A stretch of 64,000 nt of DNA from positions 124,001-188,000 of IMG/VR virus record IMGVR_UViG_3300034073_005389. The stretch is one strand, 5' to 3'. Positions within the stretch are counted from its first letter, which is position 1; every line of letters begins with the position of its first letter. Positions 48,901 through 58,379 of the stretch are shown one piece after another. A program made the translations under genes and the position numbers. Below the pieces are notes generated by a model. That model saw nothing but the letters and a program-made list of their open reading frames with translations, did no database searches and had not been told where the DNA came from.

Positions 48901-49431
48901 GTTATTGGGCTGAACTTCTACGCCTAATTTATCTTGGAAGATTTCTTTTAATTTTAAGAGTGTACGTTCAGCTTCATCAAATTTACCTTTGGTGAGTAAT
49001 TGGCTGATGATACCATTACCGCAGGCGGTGAGGCAGATAAGACCTTCTGAATAAGTTTGAAGTAGGTTCCAATCGATGACGGAATAGACTCTTTTACCGG
49101 AAAAGGAGTTATGATCGAAGCCTTTTTTGTTTAAGGTAAGTAGATTTCTATATCCAATAGCATTAGTTGCTAATAATACTAAATGTCTGAATTTATCTTC
49201 TGGATTTTTATTATCATTTTGAAAATAGCATTCGCAGCCAATAATTAGTTTAACATTGGTATCTTTGGAGACTTTATAGGCTTCCCAGGCGGAGGCGAGG
49301 GTACCATGGTCGGTGATAGCGATGGCTGGATAATCTAATTGTTTAGCTTTATTGAACAGGTTTTTGACGGAGATGGTAGAATCTAGGATAGAGTAATCGG
49401 TTTGATTATGTAGGCTTACGAAAGGTGTCAT
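45937..49431 (-). CDS. dnaE: DNA polymerase III alpha subunit
   Basis: PHP domain (AITDHG), GRGSVGGSL, FPDIDLDF, GLVKMDTLGL, SYGFNAAHA, HhH and OB-fold; no intein. Confidence 0.96.
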   Translation of the reverse strand: MTPFVSLHNQTDYSILDSTISVKNLFNKAKQLDYPAIAITDHGTLASAWEAYKVSKDTNVKLIIGCECYFQNDNKNPEDKFRHLVLLATNAIGYRNLLTLNKKGFDHNSFSGKRVYSVIDWNLLQTYSEGLICLTACGNGIISQLLTKGKFDEAERTLLKLKEIFQDKLGVEVQPNNMKRGSNVYNDEIDQQFLNRRLIELAKKHDVKIVPACNAHYLNKEDHDIHDVLLSIGSHQPRYSNFRLKYPVPDFYLKSGEEVKNFFSRNYGEEFATQICQNTIHFADMCEIPNWIDPKYSNPSGKELPIFPVKDELDYPQFLQWSSSQPEFVQQLSEDKQYLRFACENKFPRIKFSSDEEKSLYLDRINEELDVLEYHGFSSYMLIVADYVNWARKNNIPVGEGRGSVGGSLIAYLLGIHQADPIKYNLIFARFHNKEKSSFPDIDLDFAPSGREKVQNYLRHKYGDDHVAHVSNVNTITPKVYVRDISRACELGGSREEAIKLGNDVADCIPSDIHSIDDAYEKVPLFAEYCKKYPEFLKYKDICGKYRAWSTHAGGIIISARPLTGLVPLRRDKDGALALEYDKDKAEENGLVKMDTLGLSTLDIIGETYRLIKEQGKPLPPDSLDYEEYDEKTYELISKGDTFAVFQFGTSGGTVDLCKRIKPRSINDLANINALARPSARDMRDDFIKVRDGKKPIILLHPNLKRAFANTYGFGLYEECLMYLAQDIAGWSLHSADRLRKLTKEKGKNPKKVQQWKMEFIEDSVKNGINENIAERIWIDVVSGFNSYGFNAAHAVLYSMVSYKTAYLKAHYPVEFLLANLMAEVKSNTPDAKVNIERIKSELRANKIKILPPDINKSKLQYSIVGENQLITGLDALKFVGDEAINDIVEKRPFTNFFDFMVRVDSKKVRANNIQALIASGAMDCFNLPRKLMFLYVSDYRKKLQVWCKKHDPSKEEFIYPWSKELDWSIAEKYALEQFYMGESFVCKPPVAYGSFFKDDHIVIRQLKNAKEKTPLPSMKGIVKDFFEFKVKKETSKYYGQPMIKATIEDRNGDRCSLTIFPDRWADLQKYLKKVHNKVVFDVGLGIHFSGTANIYEQELGIIFEKMYNVAPPPSLPEDLKSKKVSLKDAKKEMDKPASSLLEEIENNLYDQGLIDLDSEQEDD

Positions 49432-49469
49432 AATTATCCTTTAGGTATTATAATAAATGCAAGTCTTAT

Positions 49470-49497
49470 AAAAAGCACTAAGCCGATGTGGCTTTGC
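49470..49497 (-). terminator. intrinsic terminator upstream of dnaE
   Basis: GCA-AAGCC-acatc-GGCTT-AG-TGC-TTTTT on the minus strand. Confidence 0.55.
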
Positions 49498-49525
49498 ATA
49501 TTATTAGGGAATATAATATAATGGT

Positions 49526-50176
49526 TTACAGACCAAATTTAATTTTTAGAGATTGCTCGTCAATGGTCTCTAAATTTTTAGAAATGTCTTCAATTATTTT
49601 AAATTGTTTTTTCCAAAATTTTTTATTTATACTTTTACGAATTAAAATATTTTTTATATTTTGGAAGGGCAATTTTTTCTTAGCGAATAGGGAGTGAGCG
49701 ATTAAGGAAACATCTGACCAATTATTTTGTAAAACAGATAATATTTCTTTTATTTTTTTCTTTTTAAAGTCGTATCTTTTTTTACCTGGTGGAGCGAGAT
49801 TATGTTTTTTGATGATGGTAGCGGCTGATAAAGTATCATCGGAAGATCCATCTCTTAAAAAGAGTGGAAATTTATCAGAGCCGGATAATGTTTTAAAATG
49901 ATATTTTTCTGCAGTTAGCCCGGCATATTTTATACCGACTTCATTTTCTGCTAAAAATTTTGCAAGATAAGAATCTTTAAATTTAATTGGGTCTGGAATT
50001 TCGTATAGGCAGCAGCCTTCTATACGTTTACTTTGCTTATTATAGGCGATGTATACTTCATATACTTTTGCTTTATGAAGCAGGGCATAGATAACATGTC
50101 CTGCTTCATGGAAGCTGGTGGTGATTAACTCAAATTGTCTAGAAATCTTGGCAAAAAGATCATATTGAGTCATCAT
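49526..50176 (-). CDS. stand-alone HEXXH metallopeptidase domain (M41/FtsH-like)
   Basis: TSFHEAGHVI, AGLTAE third-ligand region, GSSDD. Confidence 0.65.
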   Translation of the reverse strand: MMTQYDLFAKISRQFELITTSFHEAGHVIYALLHKAKVYEVYIAYNKQSKRIEGCCLYEIPDPIKFKDSYLAKFLAENEVGIKYAGLTAEKYHFKTLSGSDKFPLFLRDGSSDDTLSAATIIKKHNLAPPGKKRYDFKKKKIKEILSVLQNNWSDVSLIAHSLFAKKKLPFQNIKNILIRKSINKKFWKKQFKIIEDISKNLETIDEQSLKIKFGL

Positions 50177-50204
50177 TATCTCCTTTATTTTAAGGGATAA
50201 TATC

Positions 50205-50480
50205 TTATATTGATAGCAAAAATTGTTCTAAACTATTTATTTTTTGTTCACAATCTATTGCTTTGCATTTGATTTGCAACCTATTAGATCCTAATGGACC
50301 GGTGATTACAAAATCTAAATTATCTACATATAAAATACCTGCCTTAGTAAAGTGTTCTGTTTCTTTAAAACCTGACTTAACAAAAACTTGTAAGATATCT
50401 TTTGTTAAGGGTTGATCTGTTTTAAAAATAAGAGCTTTTTTTCCACAACAAGATTGGATACTATGTCTTTCTACTTTCAT
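50205..50480 (-). CDS. hypothetical protein
   Basis: Start moved to 50480 (MKVERHSIQSCCG) because the track start at 50510 lies inside a terminator hairpin. Confidence 0.7.
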   Translation of the reverse strand: MKVERHSIQSCCGKKALIFKTDQPLTKDILQVFVKSGFKETEHFTKAGILYVDNLDFVITGPLGSNRLQIKCKAIDCEQKINSLEQFLLSI

Positions 50481-50496
50481 ATTATTATATAAGAAA

Positions 50497-50530
50497 AAAT
50501 AACTAGCCACTGTTTAGTGGCTAGTTATTT
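50497..50530. terminator. intrinsic terminator hairpin
   Basis: AAATAACTAGCCAC-TGTTTA-GTGGCTAGTTATTT, 14-15 bp stem. Confidence 0.75.
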
Positions 50531-50583
50531 AGGTTAATGTTTATTGACTATTCATAGCAAAGTAATATTTATTTATTACTAGA

Positions 50584-50898
50584 TCATTCTTCTGTAGATC
50601 CGCCTACTTCTTCTCCTTTTCCTTCTAGCAAAAAGAGGGCATATTTTACTTTTGCGGTTTGTACTTTCATTGCATCTCGATATGGGGCAGTATATTCTTT
50701 TACTAATTCTTTTGCACCATTTAATTTATGGTCTTGGGTTTTTTCTTTTTCTATATTATAGAGATTACCTTCGCAAGTAAGGATAATTTTCTTTAAATCT
50801 TCTGGAGAAGAAGATTCTGCCATTTCTTTGAATTCTGGGATTTCTTTTAAGATTTTTGCCCATTTAGCTGGAAACACATTTTCTTCTGAATTACTCAT
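50584..50898 (-). CDS. hypothetical helical protein
   Basis: 104 aa with an AGGT RBS. Confidence 0.75.
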   Translation of the reverse strand: MSNSEENVFPAKWAKILKEIPEFKEMAESSSPEDLKKIILTCEGNLYNIEKEKTQDHKLNGAKELVKEYTAPYRDAMKVQTAKVKYALFLLEGKGEEVGGSTEE

Positions 50899-50909
50899 TT
50901 TTACTTACC

Positions 50910-52154
50910 TCATTCTACTACTTTACAATTTTTAAGAACATAATCTAATACGTGTTCATCTTTGATTCTTGACATTAAGACTTGCAAATAGCCCGTATTA
51001 TTCATTTGTGCAATAAGCTCGTCAATAGATCCTTTTTTACTATTAGCCAAATTATTTTTAATAATATCAAAAACTTCTTGGTCTGTTAATTGGGCTTCTG
51101 GTTCAGACTCTCTGATTTTATCTAGGACTAGAGATAGTTTTACATTGCTGGTGGCAATTTCTATATATTTTGCTCGATCTAAGTCATTTAGAGTATCCCA
51201 ATTTACTTTAGCGGTATGTGCTACGTACCTAGCTTCTGAGAGTGCCATCCAGCTAGGCACATTAAAATGGTGATCTTGCACTAAGCGTTTAGCAACAGAT
51301 TCAGTTAAAGAGAGTCTAAATTTATTAGCTACTTGAACTTGTGACAATCCGTTTACATATTCTTTTAATTCTGCAAAAGTAGCTTTTCCTAATTTAGCGG
51401 CTAGATTATCATCCAATGCGCAAGGAATAGATTTAGATCCTGTCACTACAGTAAGTACAAACTTAACAGTCTTACCTGCCATAGAAGGCAATCCATTATC
51501 TGGGACTTTGACAGTAAATTCTCTAGTTTCATTTAGTTTCATGCCTAGTAGATTATTATCAAATTCGGGCAAAGGATTATTGCCTACTGTAACCATTTCT
51601 CCTTCGGCTACAAGGTTTTCATTTTTTTCACCATCTACAAAGCCTTCATAATTTACAATAATATTGTCGCCATTTTGAACAAAATCATTTTCAGTATATG
51701 GAACAGCGTCTCCGAATTTAATTCTTAGATCTTGCATCATACGTTCTGACAATTGGGTGGCGCTTTCTGCTTCATGTGGTTTGGGTATTTCTAGACCTTT
51801 ATAGGTAGAAAGTTCGAAATCTGGTTTGGTATGTAGTTGGAATTCGCAGCTAAATTTGCCATCCATTAAATATGCAGAGGTAAAACTTGGGGCTCCATGA
51901 GGTCTAAGATTTTTTTCAAAAATAGTATTATGAAAAGCTTCTTCTGCCATGGCGCGTTTTAGGGCATCATCAATTTGAGAACGATAATGCATTTTGATTG
52001 CGTCAGTGGAAGCCTTTCCTTTTCTGTATCCTGGAACTGGAGCTTTTTTAAAAGCGTTTAAAACTTCATTTTTTTTATTTAAAAGCTGTTCTGGGTCTGA
52101 ATGATATTGAATTTTTAATTTACATGGTTCAATTTCAGTTACGTGTATTTGCAT
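50910..52154 (-). CDS. tig: trigger factor (full length)
   Basis: Ribosome-binding VPGYRKGKA loop, FKBP domain (GDNIIVNYEGFVDGEK), C-terminal chaperone domain (VKLSLVLDKI). Confidence 0.9.
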   Translation of the reverse strand: MQIHVTEIEPCKLKIQYHSDPEQLLNKKNEVLNAFKKAPVPGYRKGKASTDAIKMHYRSQIDDALKRAMAEEAFHNTIFEKNLRPHGAPSFTSAYLMDGKFSCEFQLHTKPDFELSTYKGLEIPKPHEAESATQLSERMMQDLRIKFGDAVPYTENDFVQNGDNIIVNYEGFVDGEKNENLVAEGEMVTVGNNPLPEFDNNLLGMKLNETREFTVKVPDNGLPSMAGKTVKFVLTVVTGSKSIPCALDDNLAAKLGKATFAELKEYVNGLSQVQVANKFRLSLTESVAKRLVQDHHFNVPSWMALSEARYVAHTAKVNWDTLNDLDRAKYIEIATSNVKLSLVLDKIRESEPEAQLTDQEVFDIIKNNLANSKKGSIDELIAQMNNTGYLQVLMSRIKDEHVLDYVLKNCKVVE

Positions 52155-52172
52155 ATATTCCTCTTTATTAAA

Positions 52173-52967
52173 TTACCACTGAACTTCTCCATAGATAGAG
52201 TCTGGAGAACATTTTTGTTTTCCTGCATCACATGACTGTAAAAAATCACAGAACCTACACAAGTTACTTGGGCTAGGAGTATAATCTTTTTCTAAATTAA
52301 TTTGTTTGGCATATTCTGAATATTTATCTTTTACTTGCAAAATTTCTGGTACTAAAAATTCTGTAGTAATATATTCAAAATCATGTCGCATTAAAATATA
52401 AGATGCTCTTACTTTAGTAATTGTAGGATCTTCTAAATAAATAACATAAGCGTATGTTAATAATTGAAAGAAGTCATCTTTTAAGAATTTTTTATTTTTT
52501 GTAGTTTTATAGTCACATACGTGTATGACATTATCAGCATCGATCTGGATTCTGTCAATCATCCCGTTTAAAATAACTTTGTCAGCTATTTCAAAATCAA
52601 AGCTTTTTTCACAAGCTATAACATTGGGAGACGTATTATTCTTTTTATTTTCGCTTACAATTTTTAAATATTTGTCAATTAAATCCCAGCATTCTTTTTT
52701 CATTTCTGGGCTCATATTGTTGCCATACTCAGCCAAAGCTGCCTTATAAGCAATTCCCATTTCTATATTTAATGGTTTTGAAGATCCATTAATATAGGCA
52801 TTATGAAAATCTTCTAAGACTTTATGACAAAATTTTCCCAAAGTATGAAACTCCCATGTTTTCTTAGGAAGTTTTTGAATGTATGAAAATTTATATTTTG
52901 CTTTACAATCTAAAAAAGTTTTTGTCTTACTAACACTTAATCTTAAATCTTTTACTATATTTTCCAT
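52173..52967 (-). CDS. PD-(D/E)XK nuclease (RecB/AddB/Cas4-like)
   Basis: LSVSK...C, G...H.VLE, GMIDRI..VCDYKT, QL..YA, CRFCDF...C Fe-S-type Cys cluster. Confidence 0.85.
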   Translation of the reverse strand: MENIVKDLRLSVSKTKTFLDCKAKYKFSYIQKLPKKTWEFHTLGKFCHKVLEDFHNAYINGSSKPLNIEMGIAYKAALAEYGNNMSPEMKKECWDLIDKYLKIVSENKKNNTSPNVIACEKSFDFEIADKVILNGMIDRIQIDADNVIHVCDYKTTKNKKFLKDDFFQLLTYAYVIYLEDPTITKVRASYILMRHDFEYITTEFLVPEILQVKDKYSEYAKQINLEKDYTPSPSNLCRFCDFLQSCDAGKQKCSPDSIYGEVQW

Positions 52968-53023
52968 TTTTTATTATCTTAATCATTTTGTGTCTGCAAT
53001 GTATATAACACCAACTATTTTAA

Positions 53024-54013
53024 CTAAAATAGAACTCTGCGAGCAAATGGGAGCCATTGAAACACCATTCCAACTCCTTTTTGTTTTCCAGAAAACTTGA
53101 TAGCAGATAAGTTTCCATCGAAACTTCCAGTAGGTCTATAAGGAGTTTTAGAAATAATCCATCTATTTGCCCAAGTATCTAAATAATAATAAGTCATAGT
53201 ATTATCTCTTGGATTATAATGTGACTTTAAAAAAGATCCATTTGCTGGAGGAGCATCTAATCCATGAGTAAAATAACTATTGCCATCTCTAACTACATTT
53301 GGGTCTTGCAATGAGAAAAATTGACGATTAATTTGAGCAGGATCATCTGGGTTTTCTTTTTCAAAGTCTTGAAAAATAACAAAAGCTCTTGGATCAAAGG
53401 TAGCTGTAAATTGAGAAGTTTCTTCTGGTATCTCGGGAGTAAATGGTACTGTTACCTTACCAGGCAAATTGCCAATCCCTTTACCACTCTGACCTAGATA
53501 ATTGGTAGTAGAATAAACAATACTGTAATTTTCTACATTGTAGGGCTCGTTGGTAAAGGCGTTAGGCTGCCCCTTGCCGTCAAATCCTGTAGGTTCGGCA
53601 GGCAAAGCAGGATTATCTACAGTAATACCAGCGTCACCTGGATTTAAATATTCTCCTTCTGGCTGAGAAGGTGCTGTACCAAATGGATATAACCCTGGTA
53701 TATTCTTACCAGCTGGCACAGTAGTTGCAGAGTGTGGCAATCTAGTATTATTTAAAATATCAGTTACATAATTTTCTGTTACAATAGGAGAAGAATCTGT
53801 ACCATTAGTAGCAAATACTTTTAAGGTAAGAGAAAGTAAATCTATAGGTAAAAATATAGGTCCAGTATAAATAGTGGAAAATAAATCAGGATCGCTACCG
53901 TCTAGCGTATAAAAAATAGTAGAAGGAATATTGACTGAAATAGAAACAGTTTTAGGAAACCCTGCAACTATTTCTTCTTCAGATTGTGTAATAGTTATAC
54001 TAATAACTGCCAT
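53024..54013 (-). CDS. hypothetical protein with N-terminal Ig/FN3-associated-like domain, possibly virion
   Basis: STIFYTLDGSDP motif; Pro/Gly/Thr-rich. Confidence 0.65.
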   Translation of the reverse strand: MAVISITITQSEEEIVAGFPKTVSISVNIPSTIFYTLDGSDPDLFSTIYTGPIFLPIDLLSLTLKVFATNGTDSSPIVTENYVTDILNNTRLPHSATTVPAGKNIPGLYPFGTAPSQPEGEYLNPGDAGITVDNPALPAEPTGFDGKGQPNAFTNEPYNVENYSIVYSTTNYLGQSGKGIGNLPGKVTVPFTPEIPEETSQFTATFDPRAFVIFQDFEKENPDDPAQINRQFFSLQDPNVVRDGNSYFTHGLDAPPANGSFLKSHYNPRDNTMTYYYLDTWANRWIISKTPYRPTGSFDGNLSAIKFSGKQKGVGMVFQWLPFARRVLF

Positions 54014-54014
54014 A

Positions 54015-54329
54015 TTATACCAAATTTAAAAATCTATTATTTTTATTAGTTAAATTTTGTTTTAACATTACCCTATATATTTTATGGGCGGCTTTTCTAA
54101 TTAACTTAGCTAAATCTAAGTAATTAGAATCACCTTCTCTTCTATACAAAATTATCAACTGATCGTAATAGTCTAATAATTCTAAATTTACTGTCAAATT
54201 TTCTTTTTTTTCTTTTTGAGCTTCCATTATTTTTTTAATGCAATACGTTAGTAGTTCCCGATAAAATTTATCGGGACCTACCGCTAAATATCTAGATAAA
54301 AATTCTTTTTTTAGGAAAGCTATACTCAT
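54015..54329 (-). CDS. hypothetical protein
   Basis: 104-aa ORF in the operon. Confidence 0.7.
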   Translation of the reverse strand: MSIAFLKKEFLSRYLAVGPDKFYRELLTYCIKKIMEAQKEKKENLTVNLELLDYYDQLIILYRREGDSNYLDLAKLIRKAAHKIYRVMLKQNLTNKNNRFLNLV

Positions 54330-54357
54330 GACCAGTATCTTTATACTGGAATATAAC

Positions 54358-54981
54358 TTATTGATTTTTATTATCTTTTAGACAATTAAATATTTGACTT
54401 GCTTGGTCAGCAAGCTTGTCCAATGTCTTATTATTATAAACTATATAATCAAATTCTTCATCTGGTATACTATTTTGGTTTGTTTCACTGATGTGATTTA
54501 TCTTTAGCTCAGAATCTCTAATTAATTTAATTATGAAAAATTTTTTTTCTTTTAAAATTTTGCATTCATTCACGAACCTGACATCTGGAACTGCAAAAGC
54601 CAAGGCATTTTCTTTTTCAGCCGTATCTAATTTAAAAAGTAAATTATCTATCCATACATTTTCATTATATGACCTACCTAATCCTGTACCAAGATCAATT
54701 AATAACTGTCTAACTGTTAGTGGCTGATTGTCTTTAAATGCATTTGGTATAACAGAGTTTCTTAAAGAAGAAGATCCATATAGATAATTTTTATCTATAG
54801 ATGGAAACATAATTTCAATCATTTTTTTAATAGGGTCGGCAAAAGCGACTAATTTTATTTTTTCTTCGAAATTAGTTATTTTATTTAAATTAGTTTCATA
54901 ATGTTTAATATGTTCAAAAATTAAATTAGCTAATGTATTTTTACCAGAATTAGCTTTTCCGACAATTGCAAATTTATACAT
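54358..54981 (-). CDS. deoxynucleoside monophosphate kinase (T4 gp1-like)
   Basis: GKANSGKNT, FADPIK, RQLL..LGT, VPDVRF.NE, HISE. Confidence 0.85.
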   Translation of the reverse strand: MYKFAIVGKANSGKNTLANLIFEHIKHYETNLNKITNFEEKIKLVAFADPIKKMIEIMFPSIDKNYLYGSSSLRNSVIPNAFKDNQPLTVRQLLIDLGTGLGRSYNENVWIDNLLFKLDTAEKENALAFAVPDVRFVNECKILKEKKFFIIKLIRDSELKINHISETNQNSIPDEEFDYIVYNNKTLDKLADQASQIFNCLKDNKNQ

Positions 54982-54984
54982 AAT

Positions 54985-57189
54985 TCACCAAGAAGAGACG
55001 ACTTTTGCTTTTGAAACCATATTTATATCTTGTTCTACTAAAATCCCATTAGTAAATTTATCTTTCAGCCTATCATTGTGAGTAATAACTAAAATAGTAA
55101 AATCTTTTTGAAAAAATTTAACAATATCTGCAAAAGCATCTACGCCAGCCTTATCTAAAGATTGATCTATTTCATCTAACATAAGGAATTGAATGTTAGT
55201 ACCGATCATTTTTTGTAATAAAAATGATAATCCTAATTTCAAACTAAAAGTAACTGCTAATTTTTGAGCGCCAGACAATTGATCATACTGACGTTCTTTT
55301 CCATTTATGTAATATAAAATATCTAAAGTATCAGCATCTGTGCCATCATTTTTTGTTTTTTCTATAAAAAACGAAAGTTGTAATCCAGGTTTTAACTGTT
55401 CTAACAATAAATTAGACTCTACCTGTAAGTCATCTAAAACATTTTGGATAAATAAATTAGGTATTCCTGTAGAAGAAAAAGCCTGTAGTACAGAAGGGTA
55501 TAAGGAAAACTGTTTATCTAACTTAGATAAATTGCTATTTAACTCTTCTTTTTTAGTCAAATCTTTCTTTTTTTGATCTAATGTATGTAGAATAACTGCC
55601 TTTGAACTATTTAAATGAGTTATTTCTTTGTTTAAAGAAGAGATTTTATTATTTGATTCTTGAATTAAATTCTTTTGGGCTTGTATTTTTTCTTTTAATT
55701 TATCTCCTTGGCTTTTAGAAGAGGCAGCTATTTCAGCTTGAACTTTTTGAATATCTTCTTCTTTTTGCTTTAGCTCTTGCTGTAAGGCATTAAAAGTAGT
55801 AATGCATTCAGAATGCAATGCTTTTTTATCTATTAACTCTTGATTTTTAGCAATAATTTTTTCAAAGATTTTTTCTAATTTTTGTTTTGAAATAAAAAAA
55901 ATATTAGTTTCTTGCTGTAATTTATTTGCATAAATATTTTTTTCATTAATAATACTTTTTGACTCAACAACTTTATTTTCTAAATCAAGTATTTGTTGAT
56001 TAATTTGAGACTGGCACTCTTGTCTATATTCTATAGAGACTGGTTGACGACAATGCTTGCAAACACTGTCTGTGGTTAAGGGCTCTTTTAGCTCTAAAAT
56101 TTTATGTAAATTATTTTTGATAAAAACATTATGCTCTGAAACAATCTCTTTTGCGGCAGTAATTAATTCATTATTTTTATCAATTAATGAAAAATCTAAA
56201 TCTTGTAACTTTGATTGCTCTTCTTTTAATGATTTTAAATCGGCAATTACTTCATTAGCTGATTTAATCATATTAGTTTTTTTAACAGAATAGTCTTTGA
56301 TAGAAGATTCTATCTTATCTTTTTCTTGAAATAATGACTTCTCTTTATTAATTAAATTAATAAAATTAGATTCTAATACAGAATACTCAGAAACTAAATT
56401 AGTTAGCTCTGAATTTAAATTACTGTTTTCTTGATTAATAGGCTCTAAAGATTCATTTTTAATTTTTAAATTATTATCTATAGATGTAAGCTGATTATTT
56501 AAAGACTCAATTTCTTGGTTGGGATCTTTTAAATGCTCTAAAATTGTTTTTGTTTTATCAATTTCTTTAGATAGCTGATTAGATTTTTCTTTAGCTATTT
56601 TTTCTAATTTAGAATAAATAGCTAAATTTAAAGCTTCTTTTAAGATTCCTTTTCTTTTTTCTGGAGTTGCTGTAGCCAAGCCAGAAAAATCATTTTGCAT
56701 AAAATGTACAGTGCTTCTAAAAGATTTAAAATTTATTTTTAAAAGTTTAGCAATATCTTTTTCTGTATCTGCTGCCCTACGACTAGAGATATCTTGCCAG
56801 AATTTATTGTCTGTTACTGCTAGTCCATCTTTTTGATAAACTACATCATCTTCACCTTGAACAGCATTTCTTTTATATAAAGAAACATCGGTTGTTCCTT
56901 TTTTTGTTCTAAGGCGCGAAAGCCTATATTCTTGATTATTATCAATAAAATCAATTATAATTTTACAAGAATTGGCATCATCTCTAATAATTTTCTCTAA
57001 ATTTACATCTGCTTGATTGAATAAGACATATTCAATCGCTTTAAAAATAGTAGATTTGCCTACACCGTTAGAAAAATTATCATTATTATCTACTTTTCCT
57101 ACTATTAATGCAGAGCTAAATTGAGAAAAATCTATATAACTAGATTCATGGCACATAAAATTTTGTATAAATAATTTAGATAATTTCAT
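54985..57189 (-). CDS. sbcC: SbcC/Rad50/gp46-like SMC ATPase
   Basis: Walker A NGVGKS, coiled coils with CKHC zinc hook, LSGAQ signature, LMLDE, ITHN. Confidence 0.92.
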   Translation of the reverse strand: MKLSKLFIQNFMCHESSYIDFSQFSSALIVGKVDNNDNFSNGVGKSTIFKAIEYVLFNQADVNLEKIIRDDANSCKIIIDFIDNNQEYRLSRLRTKKGTTDVSLYKRNAVQGEDDVVYQKDGLAVTDNKFWQDISSRRAADTEKDIAKLLKINFKSFRSTVHFMQNDFSGLATATPEKRKGILKEALNLAIYSKLEKIAKEKSNQLSKEIDKTKTILEHLKDPNQEIESLNNQLTSIDNNLKIKNESLEPINQENSNLNSELTNLVSEYSVLESNFINLINKEKSLFQEKDKIESSIKDYSVKKTNMIKSANEVIADLKSLKEEQSKLQDLDFSLIDKNNELITAAKEIVSEHNVFIKNNLHKILELKEPLTTDSVCKHCRQPVSIEYRQECQSQINQQILDLENKVVESKSIINEKNIYANKLQQETNIFFISKQKLEKIFEKIIAKNQELIDKKALHSECITTFNALQQELKQKEEDIQKVQAEIAASSKSQGDKLKEKIQAQKNLIQESNNKISSLNKEITHLNSSKAVILHTLDQKKKDLTKKEELNSNLSKLDKQFSLYPSVLQAFSSTGIPNLFIQNVLDDLQVESNLLLEQLKPGLQLSFFIEKTKNDGTDADTLDILYYINGKERQYDQLSGAQKLAVTFSLKLGLSFLLQKMIGTNIQFLMLDEIDQSLDKAGVDAFADIVKFFQKDFTILVITHNDRLKDKFTNGILVEQDINMVSKAKVVSSW

Positions 57190-58379
57190 TCTTTTGATTC
57201 TATTTGATAAGTATTATAAATATCAGAAGCTAAACTAATAAAATCGGATCTATCTTTTTCTTCTATATACTGAGAGGCGTATGTTTTTATAGCCGTAACC
57301 ACATCCATTTTATTATCTAATAAAGAATCTTCTTTCTTTTTAATTAAAACTGGTTTTTTAGATTCAGAGATAGAAGAGACATTGAAAGCTCCTTGAGATA
57401 ATAAATAATCTTCTATCTCGTTTTTGTTTATTGATTTCAATTCTGGAGCAGATAATGAAACTTCTACTTTTACAATTGCTCTAGATAAATCAGAAGATTT
57501 TTTAATCTCTTGTAAAACATAAGATGTTGGATCCTCTGTTTCTTTAGGAATAGAGATCGTAATCTTCTTTAAAGAACGAGTAGGTAATGATTTACTAAGA
57601 AAAGCATTCTTCTCGCAGTCAAAAATAACAACTATTTTTTGGTGATCAGATTCTCCAAAATTAGAAACATCCATACTACCAATATGGGCTACATAAGGTT
57701 GTTTTTTATTTAAAACTTGAGGCTTATGAACATGTCCCATCCATACATAATCATATCCTTGAAACATAGAAATAGGGCAGAATAATTCATTATTATTGTC
57801 ATCTATTTCATCTCCAATAAAAATAGACCCCTCTATAGCTAGATGCCCTACTACTATTTTTTTATAGGTAACTGGAATAGAAGATAATTCATAAATTAAC
57901 GAATCTTGTAATAGAGCGAGTGCTTGTGCATTACTATTAACTGCAAATGATTTCCTGTCTCTAAAAGGAATAAAAGTAATGGCAGTGGTATCTATAAAAA
58001 TAGTAGATAAGTCTTTATAGATACTTACATTATCTAATTCTGCCTCATTAATAATATCTAATGGCGACGTATACACAAATCCACTACGCAGCACATCATG
58101 GTTACCCATGACAATATGAACATGTATATTATATGTTTGGCACTTTTTTAGCCAATTTAAGAATAAGGCAATAATAGACGGGTGTGGTTTAGGCTCTTCA
58201 AAAACATCTCCAGAAACAATAATATGCGAAGAGTGTGATTCTATCGCCTGCTCTAGAGTCCAATCTAATAAATTTAATTGATCTATTAGTCTCGTATTTA
58301 AATTAGATCCTAAATTGGTTTTACCAAGTGCAACACTTTTTCCAAGATGAGGATCGCCAAGAATAAGAATTTGTGTCAT
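57186..58379 (-). CDS. sbcD: SbcD/Mre11/gp47-like nuclease
   Basis: GDPHLG, GDVFE, GNHD, GH, GHVH metallophosphoesterase motifs. Confidence 0.92.
   Translation of the reverse strand: MTQILILGDPHLGKSVALGKTNLGSNLNTRLIDQLNLLDWTLEQAIESHSSHIIVSGDVFEEPKPHPSIIALFLNWLKKCQTYNIHVHIVMGNHDVLRSGFVYTSPLDIINEAELDNVSIYKDLSTIFIDTTAITFIPFRDRKSFAVNSNAQALALLQDSLIYELSSIPVTYKKIVVGHLAIEGSIFIGDEIDDNNNELFCPISMFQGYDYVWMGHVHKPQVLNKKQPYVAHIGSMDVSNFGESDHQKIVVIFDCEKNAFLSKSLPTRSLKKITISIPKETEDPTSYVLQEIKKSSDLSRAIVKVEVSLSAPELKSINKNEIEDYLLSQGAFNVSSISESKKPVLIKKKEDSLLDNKMDVVTAIKTYASQYIEEKDRSDFISLASDIYNTYQIESKE

Noticed and set aside
21368-49431. Inteins in terL, recA or dnaE
   Set aside because: Lengths are normal and no intein block A or G motifs are present
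52173-52967. Cas4 as part of a CRISPR adaptation module
   Set aside because: No cas1, cas2 or array in the window; such nucleases are common in phage recombination modules
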